DNA of 64,000 bases from assembly GCA_965217895.1 (NCBI GenBank), contig CBDCJV010000002.1, positions 3,008,001 to 3,072,000 of the forward strand, written 5' to 3'. The notes under the pieces were generated by a model that saw only the letters and a list, made by a program, of their open reading frames with translations, had not been told where the DNA came from and ran no database searches. This DNA is from Waterburya sp. (GTDB taxonomy: Bacteria; Cyanobacteriota; Cyanobacteriia; Cyanobacteriales; Xenococcaceae). A program made the translations under genes and the position numbers. This document shows, piece by piece, positions 1 to 8,697 of this stretch (positions are counted from its first letter, which is position 1; every line of letters begins with the position of its first letter).

Positions 1-403
1 ACGCTCCCGTGCTGTTTTCTTCAAAGTAAGCCAATTCTAAGTCTTGAACATGACTATAGGCATCTAAACGTATGTCATGTTGAACATCCTGTGCCAGATT
101 ACGCCATAGTCTTGTATAAGCATATTCAAATACAGATTCTAAGCCCCAGACAATTGCCGATAGTAAAGACAATACTACAAGCTGGGTAAAAATATCAGTG
201 ATACCAAAGCGAGCTACAATTGAGTCTTGCTTTTTTACTACGACATCCACCGCAGCCCCAATGATGGCAGGAGGAGCAAGATCGAAAAGTTTATTGAGGA
301 TAGAACAGATTACAGCTTGCCAAATAATAGCTTTGTATTTATCTCCATAGCGCAGCAATCGAGATAGTGGATGATTCGGCGGTTTAGCTTTATTACGGGG
401 CAT
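1..403 (-). CDS. ABC transporter permease/ATP-binding fusion, N-terminal part (runs off the window)
   Basis: ATG at 403 (minus) opens MPRNKAKPPNHPLSRLLRYG...LNKLFDLAPPAIIGAAVDVVV...LWRNLAQDVQHDIRLDAYSHVQDLELAYFEE, typical of an ABC exporter transmembrane domain; open to the window edge. Confidence 0.85.
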   Translation of the reverse strand, partial: MPRNKAKPPNHPLSRLLRYGDKYKAIIWQAVICSILNKLFDLAPPAIIGAAVDVVVKKQDSIVARFGITDIFTQLVVLSLLSAIVWGLESVFEYAYTRLWRNLAQDVQHDIRLDAYSHVQDLELAYFEENSTGA

Positions 404-618
404 ATTTAATCTGTAGTGTTTCACTTATGATTGAAAATTTAACAGATTTTAGTAACTCTTGGTAAATTATCAAATGACCTTATGCAGCACAATGAGAAAT
501 AAATGATTCCAATGAGCTATGTATCGCAGTACGTCAATCGGTTAAGACAGAAAAATCAACTGCTCGTAAGTAGCCAAGAGGTATCCCTCGCAGGGAGTAA
601 TAAGTAATAGGTAATAAG

Positions 619-736
619 TATAGTCATTCCAAATAGAAACCATACGAAAAAATCAAACTGTGATCAGTGTCACAAACCCTCCTGAGTTTTGACTTAGAAC
701 TAGTGAATCAGAAGGAAATTAATTGAAATGACTATA
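619..736. mobile_element. MITE family A (TATAGTCATT...AATGACTATA terminal inverted repeats)
   Basis: 10-bp TIRs with TA termini; related copies at 31438-31554 and 53648-53771, degenerate copy near 16108-16248. Confidence 0.75.
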
Positions 737-852
737 ATAAACGTCAGTTCGGTTTAAGCAGAAGCAGACAAAACAAAGAGATCGATAGCAATATAAGGCT
801 TCTTAGGAAAATGACAATAAGCAATTAATCCTGCAAATAAATTAGCGACAAA

Positions 853-1035
853 AAATGTCCAGAGTGCAAATCAACAAAAATAGTAAAAAATGGTCGGCGA
901 CGGGATAAACAAAATTATCTTTGTCGTAACTGTAACCGCCAGTTCATTGATACTTATAATTTGAGAGGTTATTCAAATGAAATAAAAGACCATTGTTTAA
1001 CCCTGTACTACTAACGGGATGGGATTTAGAATGCT
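853..1035 (+). pseudogene. IS1-family InsA zinc-ribbon transposase fragment, frameshifted and truncated
   Basis: Translates KCPECKSTKIVKNGRRRDKQNYLCRNCNRQFIDTY...GYSNEIKDHCLTLY, then a stop; NGMGFR continues in a shifted frame; no start codon or C-terminal part. Confidence 0.8.
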
Positions 1036-1067
1036 ACATTGCAAGAATACCGAGGCTTTGCGAAGTA

Positions 1068-1141
1068 TTGGGCTAGGCGGACTCGAACCGCCGACTTCCA
1101 CAATGTCAATGTGACACTCTAACCAACTGAGTTATAGCCCA
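1068..1141 (-). tRNA. trnV: tRNA-Val(GAC)
   Basis: Cloverleaf on minus strand: acceptor TGGGCTA/TAGCCCA, D stem ACTC/GAGT, anticodon loop TT-GAC-AT, T arm GGCGG-TTCGAGT-CCGCC; CCA not encoded. Confidence 0.97.
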
Positions 1142-1433
1142 TTGCTAAATTCTTGATTGATTATATCAAAATAATCTCAAAAAAGCTAGATTTGCCCTCA
1201 AAGCAAGAGTTAGGCATTGAAGGGCAGCTAATTACTCCTCTTGTATTAGTTTGCGATCGCGATCTCTTAATTTTTTGTTTGATAAACCTAGCCGATTTTA
1301 CTATCTATAGTCGACTAATCTCTTTTTGGTGTTTGAACACTGTTTTTAGAACTCAGTCTTAAAGCTGACGATTTTTGCGAGTATCATTGCTTATTATTAA
1401 ACTAACGATAATTATAAAACTTTAATAAAATAC

Positions 1434-2882
1434 ATGACTGCTGATTCCTCTGAATTCAAGAGCTTTAAGAAACTACTAAAAGAGAAAATTCTGTTTGGCA
1501 ATGAACCAACTCCAGAATTATTCGCCATCCTTACGGTTTACTTTGTTCAAGGAATATTGGGATTAGCTCGTTTAGCCGTTAGCTTTTTTCTTAAGGACGA
1601 TCTAGGCTTAACCCCTGCCGAAGTTGCAGCCTTGATGGGCATTGCCTCTTTACCCTGGATTATTAAACCACTGTTTGGCTTTATATCTGATGGTTTGCCT
1701 ATTTTGGGCTATCGTCGTCGCCCCTACCTGATATTATCAGGATTTTTAGGCACTATATCTTGGTTGGCTTTAGCTACCTTAGTTGATAGTGCTTGGACAG
1801 CAACTATAGCAATTTTATTAACCTCTCTTTCTGTAGCAATCAGTGATGTGATCGTCGATTCCTTAATCGTGGAAAGAGCTAGAGAAGAGTCTTTATCTCA
1901 ATCGGGATCGCTACAGTCATTGTCCTGGGGATTTTCTGCTTTGGGAGGATTGTTAACAGCTTATTTTAGTGGATTATTATTACAGCATCTCAGCAGCAAT
2001 CAAGTATTTGAAATTACGGCTAGTTTTCCCTTAATTGTTTCTGCTGTAGCCTGGCTCATTGCTGAAGAAAAGATTACCAAAGACGATTCTGAGCTAAAAA
2101 TCTCTCCTGTAAAGGAGCAAATTACACAGCTATGGAGCGCGATTAAACAAAAGCAAATTTGGTTACCCATTGCTTTTCTATTTTGTTGGCAAGCTACTCC
2201 TACCGCTGATTCAGCATTTTTCTTTTTTAGCACCAACGAACTAGGATTTGAGCCAGAATTCCTTGGTAGAATACGTCTTGTGACCAGTTTTGCCTCTTTA
2301 ATTGGCATTTTTCTGTTTCAACGCTATCTAAAAACCGTACCCTTCAGAAAGATTTTGGGTTGGAATACAGTTATTGCAGCAGCTTTAGGAATGACAACAT
2401 TATTGCTAGTAACCCATGCCAATCGTGCTTTAGGCATCGACGATCATTGGTTTAGTCTAGGAGATAGTCTGATTCTGAGCGTTGTTGGGCAAATTACCTG
2501 GATGCCTGTATTAGTGCTATCGGCTCGTCTTTGTCCTGAAGGAGTCGAAGCAACGTTATTTGCTCTTTTGATGTCTATTTGGAACTTATCGGGATTGTTA
2601 TCCCATGAATTAGGTGCATTACTTACCGCCTGGCTAGGAGTCACAGAAAACAATTTTGATCGGCTTTGGTTACTGGTAACTATTACCAATCTGTCTACCC
2701 TGCTGCCACTGCCGTTTTTAGGTTGGCTGCCTTCAGGAGATCCTCAAGCAGAATCAGCCAAAAAATCGAACCCTGGGGAAGCTCCTATTCATAGTGCAGG
2801 AGGACTAGCAGAATCTGGCATTACACCTAATCTTTTACCTGAATTTGCGGTTAACAAAAGCTTAGAAACAAACCACGATTAA
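1434..2882 (+). CDS. Folate/biopterin (BT1) family MFS transporter
   Basis: About 12 hydrophobic segments; PWIIKPLFGFISDGLPILGYRRRPY and LCPEGVEATLFALLMS motifs of the BT1 family. Confidence 0.92.
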   Translation: MTADSSEFKSFKKLLKEKILFGNEPTPELFAILTVYFVQGILGLARLAVSFFLKDDLGLTPAEVAALMGIASLPWIIKPLFGFISDGLPILGYRRRPYLILSGFLGTISWLALATLVDSAWTATIAILLTSLSVAISDVIVDSLIVERAREESLSQSGSLQSLSWGFSALGGLLTAYFSGLLLQHLSSNQVFEITASFPLIVSAVAWLIAEEKITKDDSELKISPVKEQITQLWSAIKQKQIWLPIAFLFCWQATPTADSAFFFFSTNELGFEPEFLGRIRLVTSFASLIGIFLFQRYLKTVPFRKILGWNTVIAAALGMTTLLLVTHANRALGIDDHWFSLGDSLILSVVGQITWMPVLVLSARLCPEGVEATLFALLMSIWNLSGLLSHELGALLTAWLGVTENNFDRLWLLVTITNLSTLLPLPFLGWLPSGDPQAESAKKSNPGEAPIHSAGGLAESGITPNLLPEFAVNKSLETNHD

Positions 2883-3035
2883 AGAGTTTTCAGGACTTGT
2901 AAAGTTTAAGTAAGAATGAGAAACTAGATGTCAATCGATTAAACCTCTACCAAATTTCTAAATTTTAAAACCTGACAAGTTGTGTTTAACAATTAATGAG
3001 AGAATAAAAAGCTAAATCAACTGTTAGCTGTGAAT

Positions 3036-4220
3036 ATGAGTTTAGATTGGATTAGCCGAGCCGAGCGTTTAGATGCCCTTCCTCCTTATGTATTTGCCCG
3101 TTTAGACGAATTAAAAGCCCGTGCCAGAGAACAAGGACTAGACTTAATTGATTTAGGCATGGGCAATCCTGATGGTGCAGCACCTCAGCCCATAATAGAC
3201 GCTGCGATCGCTGCTTTGCAAGATCCGCTCAATCATGGCTATCCACCTTTTGAAGGTACGGCTAGTTTCCGTCAGGCAATTACGGATTGGTATCACCGCT
3301 GCTATGGAGTTGAACTAAGTCCCGATAGCGAGGCACTACCTTTGATTGGTTCAAAAGAAGGTTTAGGTCATTTAGCAATGGCTTACGTCAATCCTGGAGA
3401 TATTATCCTGGTTCCTAGCCCTTCCTATCCTGCTCATTTTCGCGGACCATTAATTGCGGGTGCCAAGATTCAGCAAATTTATCTTTCGGCAGAGCAAAAT
3501 TGGCTAATCGATCTGAGTTCTATTCCTGAAGATGTAGCTCAAAAAGCCAAGATTCTTTATTTCAACTATCCTAATAATCCGACTACCGCCACTGCACCAC
3601 GAGAATTTTTTGAGGAGGTAGTTGAGTTTGCCCGTCACTACAAAATATTATTAGTTCACGATCTTTGCTATGCAGAATTAGCTTTCGATGGTTATCAGCC
3701 TACGTCGCTTTTAGAAATACCAGGGGCAAAAGAAATTGGGGTTGAGTTTCATACTTTATCCAAAACCTACAATATGGCTGGTTGGCGTGTAGGTTTTGTG
3801 GTGGGTAACTCCGATATTATTCAGGGTTTACGAACTCTTAAAACCAATCTCGACTACGGTATTTTCTCCGCAGTTCAAAAGGCAGCAGAAACTGCTTTAC
3901 AATTGCCCGATGAGTATATTAAGAATGTGCAGCATCGCTATAGCACTAGACGTGATTTTCTAATTAAAGGCTTGGGAGAATTAGGCTGGCAAATTCCTCC
4001 TTCTAAGGCAACCATGTATCTTTGGATAGAAACTCCTGTTGGCAAAGGTTCAACGGAATTCGCCCTTGATGTATTGCAGCAAACAGGGGTAGTTATTACT
4101 CCTGGCAACGCCTTTGGAGATGGAGGGGAAGGCTACGTTAGAATTAGTCTAATTGCCGATTGCGATCGCCTGGGAGAAGTTTTAAATCGTTTTAAAAAAG
4201 CAGGAATTACTTACAATTAA
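3036..4220 (+). CDS. PLP-dependent class I/II aminotransferase (aspartate / LL-diaminopimelate aminotransferase-like)
   Basis: NYPNNPT, DLCY and SKTYNMAGWRVG motifs; ATG at 3036 preferred over GTG at 3030. Confidence 0.9.
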   Translation: MSLDWISRAERLDALPPYVFARLDELKARAREQGLDLIDLGMGNPDGAAPQPIIDAAIAALQDPLNHGYPPFEGTASFRQAITDWYHRCYGVELSPDSEALPLIGSKEGLGHLAMAYVNPGDIILVPSPSYPAHFRGPLIAGAKIQQIYLSAEQNWLIDLSSIPEDVAQKAKILYFNYPNNPTTATAPREFFEEVVEFARHYKILLVHDLCYAELAFDGYQPTSLLEIPGAKEIGVEFHTLSKTYNMAGWRVGFVVGNSDIIQGLRTLKTNLDYGIFSAVQKAAETALQLPDEYIKNVQHRYSTRRDFLIKGLGELGWQIPPSKATMYLWIETPVGKGSTEFALDVLQQTGVVITPGNAFGDGGEGYVRISLIADCDRLGEVLNRFKKAGITYN

Positions 4221-4374
4221 ATCCTCATATCAAGTTCACGTTAAATCCGATGGGGAAAAGTATCTTAAAATTTTGAACTTATTAAACAGCTATCTACTAT
4301 CTATTAGTTTGTAGTTTTTGGTTAGTAGTTTGTAGTAAAATAATATAGTATTATTTTTGTAACTTCATTTAAAA

Positions 4375-4731
4375 ATGCAAGATTTCAAGAAGTTAAAAGT
4401 TTGACAGAAAGCCCATAATTTTACCGTTAATTTATACAAAATTTCTACTAGCTTCCCTACTGAAGAAAAGTTTGGTCTTATCAACCAAATACGACGAGCA
4501 TCGATATCAATAGAATCCAATATTGCTGAAGGATGCGGACGAAATGGTAACAAAGAATTTACTAGATTTTTATATATTGCTCAAGGTAGTGCCAAAGAAG
4601 TAAATTGTCAGATTTTAATAGCGAGAGATTTAGGTTGTTTAACTGAAGAAAAGTCTAATTTTTTGGAAGATAAAATTAATGAAATATCTAGAATGCTAAC
4701 ATCTTTAATTGAAAAAACTACAAACGACTAA
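4375..4731 (+). pseudogene. Four-helix-bundle protein (23S rRNA intervening-sequence protein family, bAvd-like) with an in-frame TGA at codon 10
   Basis: MQDFKKLKV*QKAHNFTVNLYKISTSFPTEEKFGLINQIRRASISIESNIAEGCGRNGNKEFTRFLYIAQGSAKEVNCQILIARDLG...; the TGA (4402-4404) sits at the conserved Trp of L.VWQK. Confidence 0.92.
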
Positions 4732-4770
4732 CTACTAACTACTAACTACTAACTACTAACTACTAACTAC
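4728..4770 (+). repeat. Heptamer tandem repeat (CTAACTA)x6, STRR-like
   Basis: Directly visible; overlaps the stop codon of the four-helix-bundle gene. Confidence 0.95.
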
Positions 4771-4819
4771 CCACTACCTAACAGTTAAGTAACCTACTTA
4801 AATAGAGTTTAGTATCACT

Positions 4820-5626
4820 ATGGATTTAAATACAGAAATTAAAGGACAAGGATACCCTATTCTTTGTTTACACGGTCATCCTGGTTCGTCTTCAAGTATG
4901 TCTGTATTTACCAACTATCTTTCTAGGCAGTACCAAACAATTGCTCCCGATCTCCGTGGCTATGGCAAAAGTCGCTGTAAACAGAGCTTTAAAATGCAGG
5001 ATCATATAACAGATCTTACTGCCTTACTAGACAAATATAATATAGATAGCTGTTTACTTTTGGGTTGGTCGCTTGGTGGTATTCTGGCTCTGGAATTGGC
5101 TTTAGCTATGCCCGAAAGGTTTAAGGGCATAATTCTCATTGCTACTGCTGCACATCCTTTAAGCAGCCATCCTCAACCTACCTGGCAAGAGCAATTATTT
5201 ACTGGTATTGGGGGAATCGTCAACTACATTAAACCAGCTTGGCAGTGGAATATAGATACCTTCTGCAAGCGATCGCTTTTTCGTTATTTAATTAACAATC
5301 ATGCTCCAGAATCATACTATTATTTAGCTACCGAAGCAGTACCAGCTTACTGGCAAACATCAAAAGCAGCAGATACAGCTTTATCTAACGCAATTCGACA
5401 GGGTTACAATCGCCTAGAAGACTTACACCAAATAAAAGTTCCTTGTTTAATGCTCTCAGGAGAATGCGATCGCCATATTACTGCTGACGCTAGCCAAAAA
5501 ACTGCCCAGCAGCTTCAAGACTGTCAGTATATAAACTATCTTCAGGTTGCTCATCTTTTCCCCTGGGAAATCCCAGGCCTAGTTTTAAAAGATATTCAGC
5601 AATGGCTTGAGCAAAACTTTACTTAA
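4820..5626 (+). CDS. Alpha/beta-fold hydrolase
   Basis: LHGHPG, PDLRGYG, GWSLGG nucleophile elbow, C-terminal catalytic His (VAHLF). Confidence 0.9.
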   Translation: MDLNTEIKGQGYPILCLHGHPGSSSSMSVFTNYLSRQYQTIAPDLRGYGKSRCKQSFKMQDHITDLTALLDKYNIDSCLLLGWSLGGILALELALAMPERFKGIILIATAAHPLSSHPQPTWQEQLFTGIGGIVNYIKPAWQWNIDTFCKRSLFRYLINNHAPESYYYLATEAVPAYWQTSKAADTALSNAIRQGYNRLEDLHQIKVPCLMLSGECDRHITADASQKTAQQLQDCQYINYLQVAHLFPWEIPGLVLKDIQQWLEQNFT

Positions 5627-5852
5627 TAGCTATATTAGCCAGTCAAGCTTGGTTTGGGAGGAAAGAACAGAGAAAATAACCCAAGTAAAATCTTAAACAT
5701 CAATTTGAGCAAGAAAAGAGAAGAAACGCTTTGGTATTTTATTTATGCTAAACACATATCAACTAACAGCATTGCTGATTTTAAATGTGGACTTGAAAAT
5801 GAAACTTTTTTTAATTAATAGATTTGGTAACACATAGATAAAAAATAGTAAA

Positions 5853-5996
5853 TAACGTCAGTTCGGGTTAAGAATATTAATCGGTGGAGGTAGCTATAAG
5901 CTTTTGAAATATTTTCTATGAAACTACGCCATGAAAAAATAGTATTTTTCAAATGCTTTTCTGATAAAGGTTTCTGCTTATCCCGAACTTAGGTTA
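5853..5996. mobile_element. MITE family C (TAACGTCAGTTCGGGTTAAG-type TIR)
   Basis: 20-bp TIRs, 17/20 matched; reversed copy at 29595-29746 shares internal AGGTAGCTATAAGC; lone left end at about 739-760. Confidence 0.75.
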
Positions 5997-6021
5997 AGTA
6001 GCAAGTAGTGAGTAAAGAGCA

Positions 6022-6347
6022 ATGAAAAAAACAATTAATTTCTTAACTTTGACTGTATTCGTTTTAACAATTCAGTTTTATGCTTCAGAGTCACAGGCAA
6101 CACTGGCTCAAATAAACGTAGACGGAAATGCGAGCGATGAGTTCTTGAATCAAGGAAAGAAACAGAAAGAGAAAGTCAAAATTTAGAATCTGGAAATGAT
6201 GAAATAAAGAACAATGAAATAGATCGCGAGCGACTAAACATAAAGCGTGAACAATTAAACAACAATGGCGAAACAAACCGCCGAGATCGAAACGTTGATC
6301 GACAACTAGAAAGAGAAGCAGACTCTTTCGATAAAATCAGGAAGTAA
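6022..6347 (+). pseudogene. Small secreted charged protein, split by a frameshift
   Basis: Signal-peptide-like MKKTINFLTLTVFVLTIQFYASESQA stops at 6186; a -1 frame continues KETERESQNLESGNDE...FDKIRK to TAA 6347. Confidence 0.55.
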
Positions 6348-6386
6348 TTAGTAATTAATACTTTAAATTTTACTATCAAAAAAATT

Positions 6387-7814
6387 ATGAATAATATTAC
6401 CAATCCCACAGTAATCGTCGGTGGTGGCTTTGTCGGACTGTTTACCGCCTTACATCTGAGCCATCGTCACTATAGCGAGCCTGTTATTCTAATTGATTCT
6501 CAAGATCGGTTTGTTTTTAAACCATTACTTTATGAGCATTTGACGGGGGAGATGCAGAATGAACAGGTTTTGCCCCGCTATGAAAAATTGTTAGAGGGTA
6601 GTAACGTTACTTTCATTCAGGATAAGGCAACAAAGGTTGACCTACAGCAGCGTCGGCTCGAATTAGCTTCTGGATTACACTACGATTACCGTTATCTCGT
6701 TTTAGGGGTAGGTAGTACCCAAGGATATCTTGGTACTGAGGGAGCCGAAGAAAATGCCTTTGCTTTCCGCACGCAAGAAGACACTATGGCATTAGAAAAG
6801 CACCTAAGAGAGTGTCTTCAGCGAGCTAGTCAAGTAGAATCTGCTCAAAGGGATGCTTTGCTGAGTATAGCAATAGTAGGAGCAGGGCCTTCTGGAGTGG
6901 AAATAGCCGCCACTCTCGCCGATTTATTGCCTCAATGGTATGAGAAATTAGGCGGTGACTTTGGCAACATTCGGATTGTGTTGGTCAATCACGGTCAAGA
7001 AATCCTTACAGGAGATGTTAATTCTCATTTACGAGAAACTGCCCTCCAAGCACTTAAAGAGAAGGCTATACCTGTTGAATTAATATTAGGCGCAAAAGTT
7101 ACTAAAGTTACTGGCGATCGCCTGGAATATCAGCTTGAAGGCGAAGAATCAACTAAAACTATCCAGGCTCAAACTACAGTTTGGACGGCAGGTACGGCAA
7201 ATAATCCTTTGCTCAAGACTCTATCTATTGCGGATGAAAATCGTGATAAACACGGCTTGCCTATGGTGACGGACACTTTGCAGCTACCAAATTTTCCTGA
7301 AGTATTTGCAGCAGGAGACTGTGCCGTAGTTAAAGATCGCACCTATCCTCCAGTCGCTCAAATCGCCTATCAAGAGGGAAAGACTATTGCTAAAAATTTA
7401 ATTGCATTATCGCAAAATAAAGAACTACATCCCGTCAATGCAGGTATGCGAGGCACTTTAATGAAGTTGGGTATCCGTAATGGAGTCGCTAATATTTTTG
7501 ATAAAGTGAAGGTTGATGGTAGAGCAGGAGACTCGATCCGTAATCTCACCTATCTAGAAATGCTGCCTACTCCCATACATAACTTTAATGCCACGGCAGA
7601 ATGGCTGAGTGATGAAATTTTTCATCATTATCATCAACCACATCAGCCCGCAAAACCAGGTCAACCAAAGCCAAACAAACGTTTTGCTGGTTTGGCAAGC
7701 ATTGCCGCGGGTGCAATCGCCGCGATCGCTTTAGTCGCTGGAACAAATGCGTTGTGGCGCACTATCCATTCCCCAAATCAACCGCAAGCAACCCAAGAAC
7801 AGCTCGAAAAATAA
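6387..7814 (+). CDS. NAD(P)/FAD-dependent oxidoreductase, type II NADH dehydrogenase-like, with C-terminal membrane anchor
   Basis: GGGFVG and GAGPSGVEIA dinucleotide-binding motifs, VWTAG, FAAGDCA. Confidence 0.88.
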   Translation: MNNITNPTVIVGGGFVGLFTALHLSHRHYSEPVILIDSQDRFVFKPLLYEHLTGEMQNEQVLPRYEKLLEGSNVTFIQDKATKVDLQQRRLELASGLHYDYRYLVLGVGSTQGYLGTEGAEENAFAFRTQEDTMALEKHLRECLQRASQVESAQRDALLSIAIVGAGPSGVEIAATLADLLPQWYEKLGGDFGNIRIVLVNHGQEILTGDVNSHLRETALQALKEKAIPVELILGAKVTKVTGDRLEYQLEGEESTKTIQAQTTVWTAGTANNPLLKTLSIADENRDKHGLPMVTDTLQLPNFPEVFAAGDCAVVKDRTYPPVAQIAYQEGKTIAKNLIALSQNKELHPVNAGMRGTLMKLGIRNGVANIFDKVKVDGRAGDSIRNLTYLEMLPTPIHNFNATAEWLSDEIFHHYHQPHQPAKPGQPKPNKRFAGLASIAAGAIAAIALVAGTNALWRTIHSPNQPQATQEQLEK

Positions 7815-7928
7815 TCAATTATGCTTAAAGGGTTTATATGTACACAAGCTTACGCCAACCCCTTGATCGCATTTTTAAACTACTGATTTTTCGTTATACT
7901 GCGTAACATCAGTTAATAAAATAGTTTA

Positions 7929-8612
7929 ATGGCAAAAGGCGATCTCGTATACGCATATCGAAACTTGTGGCAGCTAGACGGACTATATAAACATTACGGT
8001 ATTGACTGCGGTGACGGTACAGTAATTCATTACCGTAAGCCCAGTGAAACAATTGAAAGAACTGATTTAGCAACTTTTAGCCGAGGAAACCCTATCTACG
8101 TCGCTGAATATAGTGATGGCTTTGACTACATCCCAGATGCGGTAGTTGAAAGAGCCGAAAGTCGATTAGGAGAACAAGAATATAATTTACTGTTTAATAA
8201 CTGTGAACATTTTGCTAGCTGGTGTAAAACTGGCGTTAGCGACAGCCGACAGGTAAGAAACTTTTTACCCCTTATAAATACGCTAGATACTTCAAAACTA
8301 TATGAACCAATTAAAAACGCCTTGAAAGGTAAAGACAGCAAAACTGCACAACAGCTACTAACTGAATCTCTAATAGATATTAAATCAGTTTGGAATCAGA
8401 TCCAGCCTGAATATCAAAAAGCGATCGCCGAAATACAGGTTTGGGAAAAAGTAGCTAAAAAGGCTTTAAAAAGTAATAGAGAAGATTTAGCTCGTGCTGC
8501 GATCGCCAAAAAGTTTGACTATCAAAAAAAAGCTACCAAATTAGAAATTGAATTAAGTGAACTTGCCGAAATGACCGAAAATATTGTCCGCAATCAACAA
8601 GAATTTAGTTAA
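7929..8612 (+). CDS. LRAT/NC-domain protein with PspA/IM30-like C-terminal coiled coil
   Basis: HYGI..GDG.VIHY and YNLLFNNCEHF motifs; C-terminal ALKSNREDLARAAI. Confidence 0.88.
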   Translation: MAKGDLVYAYRNLWQLDGLYKHYGIDCGDGTVIHYRKPSETIERTDLATFSRGNPIYVAEYSDGFDYIPDAVVERAESRLGEQEYNLLFNNCEHFASWCKTGVSDSRQVRNFLPLINTLDTSKLYEPIKNALKGKDSKTAQQLLTESLIDIKSVWNQIQPEYQKAIAEIQVWEKVAKKALKSNREDLARAAIAKKFDYQKKATKLEIELSELAEMTENIVRNQQEFS

Positions 8613-8625
8613 TTGTTTAACCTAG

Positions 8626-8654
8626 GCGTTTGACAAATTTACTTTGTCAAACGC
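8626..8654. terminator. Hairpin between convergent genes, probable terminator
   Basis: GCGTTTGACAAA / TTTGTCAAACGC perfect 12-bp stem. Confidence 0.6.
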
Positions 8655-8697
8655 TCACGTTCTGTCAGACTCCAAATACTATTAAACTGCATATTAA

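Larger units (their letters stand above)
4238..4815. mobile_element. TIR-bounded element (family B) carrying a four-helix-bundle gene between complementary heptamer arms
   Basis: Left end matches 51922-51949 (23/28 nt ungapped); right end matches 52030-52062 (27/33 nt); G/T-rich arm at 4305-4336 and A/C-rich arm at 4713-4770. Confidence 0.8.

Noticed and set aside
1153..1362. 69-aa ORF beside tRNA-Val
   Set aside because: TTG start, no recognisable motif, and it overlaps the divergent promoter region.
4365..4553. 62-aa minus-strand ORF in the track
   Set aside because: Antisense shadow of the four-helix-bundle pseudogene on the plus strand.
4375..4731. Diversity-generating retroelement suggested by the bAvd-like gene
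   Set aside because: No reverse transcriptase and no TR/VR pair with adenine-specific differences seen in the window.
6091..6409. Two minus-strand ORFs (61 and 77 aa)
   Set aside because: Shadows of the purine-rich plus-strand frameshifted gene.
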